Of a stretch of DNA of 44,742 nucleotides, positions 11,801 to 17,675 are shown one piece after another. Every line of letters starts with the position of its first letter. Position 1 is the stretch's first letter. This stretch comes from a virus. The position numbers and the translations under genes are program-made. Location: the IMG/VR virus record IMGVR_UViG_3300037474_000089; one strand, written 5' to 3'. The notes beneath the pieces are model-generated. The model ran no database searches. It saw only the letters and a list, made by a program, of their open reading frames with translations, and had not been told where the DNA came from.

Positions 11801-11933
11801 CAATCTGCTTGGGGGATGAATTATCATATGCAACTTGCAGGGAGACCGTAGTCGGTGGGTTGCCGCCAGTGGCCACGTGGAATACTTCACACCATGTTAA
11901 GAACTCTGAGGCTGTTATCATTGGGCTATCCAT
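8847..11933 (-). CDS. Long tail fibre / receptor-binding protein (1028 aa) with internally repeated modules
   Basis: Gly/Ser/Thr/Asn-rich. Repeated segment GSGRNIGFQTGLMFLTYNANYNAGIATYQV... matches GSGRNIGVTSAGTGFLSYNLDWDGGLATYKF.... A second pair is YPLLNISPLNHDSIDLNFDCYYDGSF and FPLVNLVAYAHGTQYLNFDCYFDGTF. Confidence 0.7.
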   Translation of the reverse strand: MDSPMITASEFLTWCEVFHVATGGNPPTTVSLQVAYDNSSPKQIDISAGNLNFINGTFGINMGTANPNASFQVDSTTQGTLPFPRMSVTDESALGTTLDLTDSGLMVYNTDFQSVDQWDGTQFLNMLTVGKVLPGANVSIINNGDGTIAIAATSGPSAVTSGQCNFYISNNAMDTVFSAPFTATPILSDNMHVIYQNNFNGTLVADSFNVNFLTAALRQIKVDAVFTLRTSSVLTQTYSIYLVIAGSPSLTTPAITTVTLDPGGAPGPQEISLTYNLPVTGPSESIQFWISNDSATADPVVILRGAVTILDTSQFGGFASTDNLAQGALNWYASQDGGTTFQNVNALPVVVGNVATFNTVGGKLQDSGLALSGFVKQGDSGIYFGITPPTSLVSPKMLNLYAAGTAGANAQNWYNDTDNYPLLNISPLNHDSIDLNFDCYYDGSFLRASTGAIAWQINKSSGHLNFLYGTGAQGNIISTTLGMEIDSAGRVTIPQGGNLETLRLGTSSSALNTTTPAISFSANYGAGNLLNLAGSGRNIGFQTGLMFLTYNANYNAGIATYQVSSSGDVFVAEIGSAGIALKRQQSGVGGATASLSTSFLLKNDGFIQLPYLTNNSSLLAVDSGRNVDSATGFYTLGGLTFNNGGSGGPLLGTVAPMIFAPVLSDGDYISLGGSGRNIGVTSAGTGFLSYNLDWDGGLATYKFNGTGNAFTVEVGPSGIFFKSATSGSAGTPIVPAIGFQMQAAGAIDIPFVTDNTIMARVSGTITTASGGSFDLAQLMLNSVAPPTLTQAARLNIVGNNTTTNSSINLYTQTDGFPLVNLVAYAHGTQYLNFDCYFDGTFSRSSYSGGSNFRLNKSFDLFVLECEAGVAQGSTISWVTAWTADSLGKFYVNSVSASSIVATDGSGAFTSVPSYGITARVVVTGSSQAMAVNTRYINNYSGGQCAYTLPAATGSGKQIVLVSLTTASTSGWKITANGTDKIQFMGALGAAGSTLTSTVGSAVDCATLTDEASGLWVVYPAAGLNLTVA

Positions 11934-12124
11934 TGAGAAATGTTAGTAACGTCGCTCCCATTGTACGTAAAGGTCTGCACATAAACAGTATCAAGACCTG
12001 TCTGCACGCTTGCATAGGTAACTGATATTGTTTGAACGTTTGACCCTGCGTATGTAAAAGTTGTTTCCAACGAGCTTAGGGGTAATTGGGTACCGTCTGA
12101 TGCGGTAACTGTTTCGGTAGACAT
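11918..12124 (-). CDS. Small fibre-associated protein (68 aa) with a tandem repeat
   Basis: TFTYAGSNVQTIS and TFTYNGSDVTNIS are repeated. The gene overlaps the fibre gene start by 16 nt. Confidence 0.4.
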   Translation of the reverse strand: MSTETVTASDGTQLPLSSLETTFTYAGSNVQTISVTYASVQTGLDTVYVQTFTYNGSDVTNISQWIAQ

Positions 12125-12128
12125 TTGA

Positions 12129-12560
12129 CTAACTCCCTGTTGTCATTATCTGTTCGTATATCTTACCCGCTTCTACGGGATCAGTGGTAGTTATTTTTAA
12201 CTCAATGGGCGAATTTTTATCCGTTTTGATCTTTGCGTCAAGTTTTAAACTGCTTTCGGATAGCCATTTCGCCTTTCGTTCTAGATAAAACAATATGCAC
12301 TTAGTGTCGCCTTGTTCTACCTTTTCTAAAAACTTATTTACTACAAATTCTAATAGCTGACTCCTGCCTTTTTTTATTCTTTTACTTATCTCTGGGTATT
12401 TCTGTTTTGTATGATACCAACATGATTTTTTTACGCCAAAATAATCTCTTATCTGTTCCTGGGTAAACTGTTTTCTAGCCAATGACTCAACTTTGTCCAA
12501 AAACTCCTCAGTCATTTCTATTGCAGGTTTAGGACCAGATTTTTCTTTCTTCTTAGCCAT
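12129..12560 (-). CDS. HTH DNA-binding protein, terminase small subunit-like
   Basis: FTQEQIRDYFGVKKSCWYHTKQKYPEISKRIKKG...CILFYLERKAKW resembles small-terminase/gp3-type HTH proteins. It is the first gene of the late block and has an RBS AGGAGGA. Confidence 0.45.
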   Translation of the reverse strand: MAKKKEKSGPKPAIEMTEEFLDKVESLARKQFTQEQIRDYFGVKKSCWYHTKQKYPEISKRIKKGRSQLLEFVVNKFLEKVEQGDTKCILFYLERKAKWLSESSLKLDAKIKTDKNSPIELKITTTDPVEAGKIYEQIMTTGS

Positions 12561-12579
12561 GTTAAATCCTCCTGCCTAA

Positions 12580-12608
12580 ATTATACCCTTCCTTCCTCCT
12601 ACAGTAAA
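12580..12608 (-). promoter_or_regulatory. Sigma70-like promoter for the late block (TTTACT-17-TATAAT)
   Basis: On the minus strand the -35 is 12608-12603 and the -10 is 12585-12580, about 20 nt upstream of ATG 12560. Confidence 0.4.
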
Positions 12609-12614
12609 CACGTA

Positions 12615-12938
12615 CCCGAAGCAGTCGTAATCCCCGAACGTTTTTTGTTTAGTCCATTCGTTCGGTCTTATATCTATCTTATTGTTTTTATTAATAATAT
12701 TAATATATTGGACTGAAGGACTGAATGAATAACATTGCTCCCAGAAATCTATACATAGTATACATTTTATGGTATATTGTATAGCGTATACATGTACGTA
12801 TAACCATGTATAGATTTATGTAAAGGAGTTTTATGGATTTCGTTCGGATTTTGGTAATACAAATCGCTACAACCCACGTCTACCAAGGGATGCCCGAGAA
12901 CTGGAGCAAATTTTGTCCGTTCGGGCTTGTTCGGGCTT
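12615..12938. repeat. Repeat-dense intergenic hub with iteron-like CGTTCGG copies and several other short repeats
   Basis: CGTTCGG(G) occurs at 12632-12640 (inverted), 12659-12665, 12841-12847 and 12918-12925. GTTCGGGCTT is a tandem pair (12919-12928, 12929-12938). TATTAATA occurs twice (12689-12705), GGACTGAA twice (12710-12725), and TATACAT three times direct (12750, 12759, 12787) plus once inverted (12806-12812). Confidence 0.7.
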
Positions 12939-12978
12939 AAGTCCAAATGTTTGATGAATTAAAATGAGAGGAAACAAG

Positions 12979-13245
12979 ATGATATCAAAAGATTACGCCA
13001 TGTGCAATAAGTTAATTACTTACGATGATTGTCGTCCGTGCTACAGGAATCATCCGCCCCAGAGATATACTAAAACCGGAAAGTGTGTATATTGTCATCG
13101 TGAGAAAGCTAAAATAAACAGAAGGTCTCTCAATCAACATAAAGCTCACGAGCTTGGATTAGTCCAGATGGAGGTATTAGTACATCCAGACGATGTTGAA
13201 ACGGTGAAATCCCTGATTAAAGCTCTTAGAATTGACAGGATGTAG
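12979..13245 (+). CDS. Small Cys-rich (CxxC...CxxC) protein, unknown function
   Basis: I prefer ATG 12979, preceded by GAGAGGAAACAAG. The sequence contains CRPC...CVYC. The track ORF starts at 12964. Confidence 0.5.
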   Translation: MISKDYAMCNKLITYDDCRPCYRNHPPQRYTKTGKCVYCHREKAKINRRSLNQHKAHELGLVQMEVLVHPDDVETVKSLIKALRIDRM

Positions 13246-13277
13246 TATACTAAACTATCAATCATAGGAGGTTTACC

Positions 13278-13454
13278 ATGAAAGACCGACCCAAGAAAGA
13301 TAGCCAAAAGTTTTTTAAAGAAATAAAACAGGAGCATCCAGAAGTCTCTATGATACAAACTACAACGGTCACCGTGAACATTGATCAAAAGGATGATTGC
13401 ATGACCGGATGTTTCAAAGCGTTATCTGATTGTTTTAAACGCAAAAGTAGTTGA
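13278..13454 (+). CDS. Hypothetical 58-aa protein
   Basis: Strong RBS ATAGGAGGT 8 nt upstream. Sequence begins MKDRPKKDSQKFFKEIKQEHPE. Its TGA stop lies inside the -35 box of promoter P1. It falls below the 60-aa threshold of the ORF track. Confidence 0.5.
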   Translation: MKDRPKKDSQKFFKEIKQEHPEVSMIQTTTVTVNIDQKDDCMTGCFKALSDCFKRKSS

Positions 13455-13479
13455 CATAATATAGATAATATTCTATAGT
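13443..13479 (+). promoter_or_regulatory. Promoter P1: conserved cassette AAAAGTAGTTGACA-N3-TATAGA-N6-TC-TATAGT
   Basis: TTGACA (13451-13456), a 17-nt spacer, then TATAGT (13474-13479). It has the same 37-bp architecture as 28439-28475 (+) and 14834-14798 (-). Confidence 0.65.
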
Positions 13480-13486
13480 TTGTTAT

Positions 13487-13630
13487 ATGGTGATTTCGGC
13501 GTGGACAGTGACACGTATTGCGTATGGTTACGCGTTTACAGTGAGACTTCGAATTCTCACCGGGCGGCGGCCAGGATTATGGTTCGATTCCAGACGAAGG
13601 CGAGCCGGTGCAATTCCGGCAGATCACCTC
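13487..13630 (+). ncRNA. Unclassified structured RNA / 5' leader with tRNA-like T-loop hairpins (about 140 nt)
   Basis: It starts about 7 nt after the P1 -10 box. A closing helix pairs GGTGATTT (13489-96) with AGATCACC (13621-28). Internal hairpins lie at 13500-15, 13520-33, 13541-60 (loop CTTCGAAT), 13578-94 (TATGG-TTCGATT-CCAGA) and 13604-20 (GCCGG-TGCAATT-CCGGC). By my count 46 of 74 nt in 13555-13628 are G/C, in an AT-rich genome. Confidence 0.5.
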
Positions 13631-13649
13631 TAACTATAAAGGAGTTGGT

Positions 13650-14063
13650 ATGTTTCTTAAAACACTAGCAGTTGGCATAATGTCTATTATTACAACAAAT
13701 ATTGCGTTAGCATTAGACAATGTACATATAGCCACATGCGCTATGGATGTAATCTTATCTCAACATTCTTTAATGCCTACGGATTTTTTCAGCAAGCATG
13801 CGTTCTCTATCACTAACAATTCTCCAATACCTATGAACTACAAGATTGTATATCAGCATGAAGTAATGAATATGTTTTCTGAAAAGAAAGCTGTTAACAT
13901 CGTGGTCAACCCTGGCCAAACGGTGATGGAAGTTAAAACCTTCTCAAATAAGAAAGTGTGGGAAAATAACGGTCAGTTTCAAACTCGTGCAATGACCATC
14001 ATATTCTTGGATGGTAAACGAGTTGATAGCTGCGCTAATAACAATTATGCGTACATTACATGA
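13650..14063 (+). CDS. Secreted protein with signal peptide (137 aa), unknown function
   Basis: RBS AAAGGAG. N-terminus is MFLKTLAVGIMSIITTNIALA|LDN. The track ORF 13608.. begins upstream, inside the RNA element. Confidence 0.6.
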   Translation: MFLKTLAVGIMSIITTNIALALDNVHIATCAMDVILSQHSLMPTDFFSKHAFSITNNSPIPMNYKIVYQHEVMNMFSEKKAVNIVVNPGQTVMEVKTFSNKKVWENNGQFQTRAMTIIFLDGKRVDSCANNNYAYIT

Positions 14064-14296
14064 AAAAATACTCAACTAAAGAAGTAGCAAAGATTCTGGG
14101 GGTGTGTCACCAAAGGATTTTTGCAAAAATTAAACAAGGTCACTTCCCCGGATCGCACAATTGCGAATGCGGCCGTAGTATACTAATACCTGAACATGAC
14201 GTTCTTAACCAACCTAAGAAAAGGAATGGCAGGTATGAAAAAACTAATGGCGGTAATCCTCCTAACGATTGCGATAGCGGCACAAGCAGGAAGTAG
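14060..14296 (+). CDS. Excisionase/AlpA/MerR-type HTH DNA-binding protein
   Basis: YSTKEVAKILGVCHQRIFAKIKQGHFPG....ILIPEHDV. Its start overlaps the upstream stop as ATGA. Confidence 0.6.
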   Translation: MKKYSTKEVAKILGVCHQRIFAKIKQGHFPGSHNCECGRSILIPEHDVLNQPKKRNGRYEKTNGGNPPNDCDSGTSRK

Positions 14297-14633
14297 TGGC
14301 TCCTGCGGCACAAAAATAACCTGTAAGCCTGGTAATGAAGCTAAATGCGAAATGACCAACGGCAGCAGCGATATCTTCATGCAAGTATCTTACCTAAACT
14401 TATCTGAAAAAACAGATTTAGCTCTGAGCGATTTATATGCGTACACGATTAAAAATAACGGGGTGATAGATTGTTATTACTCTTTGGCTTTTAATCCAGA
14501 TGATGTGATAGTGTTCAAAACAGTACCTCATCACAATGTTGTACCAAGGGATGCTTCAGAGTGGGTAAAGAGATATGATACTTTGTATTGCGATCCCGAT
14601 ATCCACTCTTGCTTGATTTACATTTTATATTAA
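14235..14633 (+). CDS. Secreted Cys-rich protein with signal peptide (132 aa), unknown function
   Basis: MKKLMAVILLTIAIAAQA|GSSGSC. The start is uncertain (the track ORF starts at 14196). It overlaps the HTH gene by about 60 nt. Confidence 0.5.
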   Translation: MKKLMAVILLTIAIAAQAGSSGSCGTKITCKPGNEAKCEMTNGSSDIFMQVSYLNLSEKTDLALSDLYAYTIKNNGVIDCYYSLAFNPDDVIVFKTVPHHNVVPRDASEWVKRYDTLYCDPDIHSCLIYILY

Positions 14634-14730
14634 GTAAGTTAATGCATTTAAAAACAGGGTGACCGATACACCAAAACAAAAGAAGGTTAGTATTTGACAA
14701 TTGGTCATCCATGCTTTAAAACGGTAGGTC

Positions 14731-14797
14731 AGTGAGGTCCGGTTAACTCTGATAGCTTGTGGCATAGCTTAAGTCCCTTTAATTGATTGACCTCACT
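14731..14797. repeat. Inverted repeat AGTGAGGTC ... GACCTCACT (9 bp arms, 49-nt loop) between convergent gene blocks
   Basis: The arms lie at 14731-14739 and 14789-14797. The loop contains ATAGCTT twice. On the minus strand the hairpin is followed by ...CCGTTTT. Confidence 0.6.
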
Positions 14798-14834
14798 ACT
14801 GTAGAACATCATCTATAGCTTGTCAACTACTTTT
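14798..14834 (-). promoter_or_regulatory. Promoter P3: third copy of the conserved cassette (AAAAGTAGTTGACA-AGC-TATAGA-TGATGT-TC-TACAGT)
   Basis: On the minus strand the -35 is 14826-14821 and the -10 is 14803-14798. It fires into the hairpin region and runs antisense to the 13650-14633 operon. Confidence 0.55.
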
Positions 14835-15025
14835 AATGAATCGATTGCTCTACACAGTTGGTCATGTACATGGTCAAAACAATCTGTACATATATCTTCG
14901 TATTTGAACCTTTCTTTGAATACTGCAACTACTGACATTGCAGCGCCCGTTTTGGGCGCATACAATAGTTTTGCATCTCTAGATTCTTTCTTACATAGAT
15001 CACACTTGTAAATGGTTATCTTCAT
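14813..15025 (-). CDS. Small Cys-rich (zinc-finger-like) protein, 70 aa
   Basis: CDLC...CTDC. ATGA-type coupling to the primase-helicase gene. The C-terminus LKVVDKL is encoded by promoter cassette P3. Confidence 0.5.
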   Translation of the reverse strand: MKITIYKCDLCKKESRDAKLLYAPKTGAAMSVVAVFKERFKYEDICTDCFDHVHDQLCRAIDSLKVVDKL

Positions 15026-17346
15026 GCTTGCGAGTCCTTATATGCTTTAACGATTTCTTTGGGATCTTTCAGTTCACAATCTTCATGGTTGGTTCGTATG
15101 TACAGTCTTGGCTTCGTACTTTCTCCTGCCATAACCGTAGGAGTCCTACCTTCTTTAAGATGCGGGTGCCAGTCGTATCCAATTGACTTAAGAAGTTCAC
15201 GTCTCTTATTACGTGCAATCCTCTTATCAGCTCCAATATCTTTAAGAAGTGCATCAAATGCGGTAGAGCAAATCCATCCTCCTTTAAAACCAACACGTTC
15301 GGATTCAACCGCTTCAAGAATTTCATGCTCCACTCTACCAAATCCATGTTCGATTGCAGCTTCAGTACTTGAGGTTGACGGTGCGCGCGAGCATTTAAGA
15401 GGGTTAAATTCATCTTTAATAGGGTAAGAGAGTAAGAAGTCTGCAATGGCTGCGTATCCACCGTTCTTCGCCCAGTTATAGAGGTCAGGACAGTATGCAC
15501 CCATCATCCCATCGCGATGTAAATCTTCAACTGATTGTTGCGGCGTATAGAAGATCGCAAATCGTCGATCATCTTTAGACTTACGAAGAGCATCCTTATG
15601 GTTCGTGTTGATGATATAGTTGCAGCAAATGTCTTTCATGGTTTTCTTCTTGCCTTTGCCTTCGACCATTTGTCTCTCGAGGTCAAGCATTGGCTTTAGG
15701 GTTTCCATGATTTCAGCACGTGAATCAGGATAATAAGCGTCTTCAATTGATACAAATATGGCGCCATCTGCCCAATCGTTGAACCTACTAGCTATTTCAT
15801 CCGCGCGAGGAAACTGTGTATATCGATCGCCTATAATATAAGATATGACTCTTGAGAAGAAAGTCTTACCGTTCCCTTGGGTGCCTTGCAATACTATACA
15901 CCATTTAAACTTCTTACCTATAAACTGAACTAACGCTGCTAAATAGCTTAAAATAATATCTTGGTCGCGTTTATTAGGAAAAAGCTTTTCAACATGGTCT
16001 AAGAATAATGATACGTCCCCTTTCTGTCTAACGCACTGATAAGGCCAATATGTATTAACAACCAGTTCACCATCTTTATTGTATACGTGTCCAGATTCCA
16101 TATCCGGTTTGAATGTACAACTGTTCACTCTAGTAAACTTAACTGCTGTTGAAAGAGTGAAAGCTTCCCAAGCTTTATTGGTAGTCTTGGCATTCTCACC
16201 GCTAGTTACGAAAATATAACCGCCATACATTACATTGAACCGTTCTCTATCCAACAGATATCCCCCGGGGACAAGTATCATGTTTTCATGACATACGTAC
16301 ACGCACCCCCGAAAGTGCTCTAACTGCTCTTGAATGGTCATAAAACCGCTCCCACTCGTGCCAATTATTTGACTAGGAGTTTCAGTCTTGGTAACATTCT
16401 GTTTAGTTTGTTTCGAATAAACGTTTGAACACTTACCGCGGGCGCTCCTGATCGTTCGCGGTAAATAATCCTCGCGATCCCATTTGTCTCTAGCCAACTT
16501 TGATTGTCTCATTAAGCTCAACATTCGCTCTGCGTTACATCCAGTCCAGAAAGCAAGATGCTGCGCAAGAGCTGCATCAGCACTAGATCGGTTATAAGTG
16601 TCAGAATCATGTGGATATGACTTAGCTAATACTTCTTCATTGTTTTCCCAAAGATCAGCAAAAGTCGCGCCGTCGTGCCCAAATTTCGATCTGTTACTTT
16701 TAGAAGCTAACGCCATACGGATTAGTTCATTGTCATCTATGGGCCCGTTATATTCGGGCAAAGGTTCTGTAGACCACCACTCTTTCTCCGTGGGAGTTGA
16801 AATAGTTGCTTGCAAATAGGAGGTAGATATTTCCTTAAGTGCTTCGGTACAATCTATGCTGGCGTCACCTGCTGCATGTATGCCAGTTAGCGCAACAAAA
16901 CGTTTGGATGTATAAAACTCTAAACCGAGTTTATCATTTCTGCACCCGTGGTTGAAGTCACTGCATTTACCTATAATGTGCAAACCTTTACCGGATGCTG
17001 AAACTTCCACAGCGGCACCAGCTAGTTTCTGTAAAAGAGTTTTTGACAAATCAGACCATCCAGCTTCAGGTTCGTAACAAGAATCGATGTCTAATAAGAA
17101 GAATGGATCGGACTCAGTAAGAACGAATCCGACTCCATAAGACTCACCCAAACGCTTTGAGGCTGACGAAGCTGAATCAAAATCAGTCCAAATGGTTGAA
17201 TCATGAGCATCCCAAGTCTGTCCATTCTGATAGTTAACAGGTCTTTTGATCTTCTTGTTAACATTAGTTGGATTATTGGTTATTGAATAAACTATAAATT
17301 GATGATAATTTTTAAGTGCATAAAACGCCGTTGGTAATATATCCAT
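15022..17346 (-). CDS. Bifunctional primase-polymerase (AEP) / SF3 helicase replication protein
   Basis: N-terminal motifs FFLLDIDSC and SASGKGLHII are AEP prim-pol motifs. The C-terminal Walker A is VLQGTQGNGKTFF. Length is 774 aa. Confidence 0.85.
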   Translation of the reverse strand: MDILPTAFYALKNYHQFIVYSITNNPTNVNKKIKRPVNYQNGQTWDAHDSTIWTDFDSASSASKRLGESYGVGFVLTESDPFFLLDIDSCYEPEAGWSDLSKTLLQKLAGAAVEVSASGKGLHIIGKCSDFNHGCRNDKLGLEFYTSKRFVALTGIHAAGDASIDCTEALKEISTSYLQATISTPTEKEWWSTEPLPEYNGPIDDNELIRMALASKSNRSKFGHDGATFADLWENNEEVLAKSYPHDSDTYNRSSADAALAQHLAFWTGCNAERMLSLMRQSKLARDKWDREDYLPRTIRSARGKCSNVYSKQTKQNVTKTETPSQIIGTSGSGFMTIQEQLEHFRGCVYVCHENMILVPGGYLLDRERFNVMYGGYIFVTSGENAKTTNKAWEAFTLSTAVKFTRVNSCTFKPDMESGHVYNKDGELVVNTYWPYQCVRQKGDVSLFLDHVEKLFPNKRDQDIILSYLAALVQFIGKKFKWCIVLQGTQGNGKTFFSRVISYIIGDRYTQFPRADEIASRFNDWADGAIFVSIEDAYYPDSRAEIMETLKPMLDLERQMVEGKGKKKTMKDICCNYIINTNHKDALRKSKDDRRFAIFYTPQQSVEDLHRDGMMGAYCPDLYNWAKNGGYAAIADFLLSYPIKDEFNPLKCSRAPSTSSTEAAIEHGFGRVEHEILEAVESERVGFKGGWICSTAFDALLKDIGADKRIARNKRRELLKSIGYDWHPHLKEGRTPTVMAGESTKPRLYIRTNHEDCELKDPKEIVKAYKDSQA

Positions 17347-17369
17347 AATTAGATACTTCCTATGAAAGA

Positions 17370-17675
17370 TTATTTAGATAGGTACAGTAAGACCTTCTCC
17401 TTAAGCTGAGGAGGTAGCCGTTTCGTAAGAGGGTCTTTTCGTACCAAGCCTTGTGCAATTATTTCCAATACTTCGGTTCTGATAGCCTCTTTAAGCACCA
17501 AGCGTCTGAGGTTATCCATAGATTGAAAATAACGAGTCACTAAACCATACGATACTCCTGCTCGTTCTGCAACACCATCCCTCGTTATGTGGCTATATCC
17601 TATTTCTTTTGACAGTTCTACAGCTTCTGTTAATAATTCGTTCTTACGATCATCAGGTAGTTTTCGCTCTCTCAT
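17370..17675 (-). CDS. Mini TetR-family HTH protein (DNA-binding domain only, 101 aa)
   Basis: I prefer the start MRERKLP (ATG 17675, RBS GGAGAAC). RKNELLTEAVELSKEIGYSHITRDGVAERAGVSYGLVTRYFQSMDNLRRLVL matches the TetR_N pattern. There is no ligand-binding domain. Confidence 0.6.
   Translation of the reverse strand: MRERKLPDDRKNELLTEAVELSKEIGYSHITRDGVAERAGVSYGLVTRYFQSMDNLRRLVLKEAIRTEVLEIIAQGLVRKDPLTKRLPPQLKEKVLLYLSK

Noticed and set aside
7497-11933. Diversity-generating retroelement acting on the fibre and C1q-like genes
   Set aside because: The genome has no reverse transcriptase. I could not find a near-identical template/variable repeat pair, and the three C1q paralogs are diverged throughout at the DNA level.
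11324-11946. Track ORFs 11324-11548(-) and 11647-11946(+) inside the fibre gene
   Set aside because: They are alternative-frame or antisense shadows of the 1028-aa ORF with no start context.
12833-12940. 35-aa ORF (MDFVRILV...PFGLVRA) with a good AAAGGAG RBS
   Set aside because: Much of its sequence is made of the CGTTCGG/GTTCGGGCTT DNA repeats, so the open frame may be incidental. I did not list it as a feature, but it cannot be excluded.
13578-13603. tRNA 3'-fragment as an attP core for integration
   Set aside because: The complete genome has no integrase or recombinase gene, and the fragment lies inside a promoter-driven structured element.
13489-13628. Canonical tRNA gene, suggested by GGTTCGATTCC and a T-arm-like hairpin next to an acceptor-like helix
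   Set aside because: The element is about 140 nt long. No hairpin has a 5-bp stem with a 7-nt anticodon loop. The sequence 5' of the TTCGATT arm has no partner for an acceptor stem (needs GCCTTCG). The arm next to the closing helix has an atypical TGCAATT loop. I kept it as an unclassified structured RNA instead.
13595-13645. Resemblance of GCCGGTGCAATTCCGGC to the cobalamin-riboswitch GGTG..AA.TCC core, and of CACCTCTAACTATAAAGGAG to a preQ1-I tail
   Set aside because: The B12 box (GCCACTG-like) and the remaining approximately 100 nt of the cobalamin aptamer are absent. The preQ1-I hairpin/pseudoknot register does not fit.
13480-13668. 62-aa track ORF covering the structured-RNA region
   Set aside because: It has no ATG or RBS context and would start inside or right after the promoter -10 box. 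Its sequence is dominated by the G+C-rich helices. The downstream gene has its own strong RBS and ATG at 13650.
14515-14712. 65-aa minus-strand ORF downstream of promoter P3
   Set aside because: It has no RBS (CCGTTTTAAAGCATG) and is largely antisense to the signal-peptide gene. The transcript is more plausibly non-coding.
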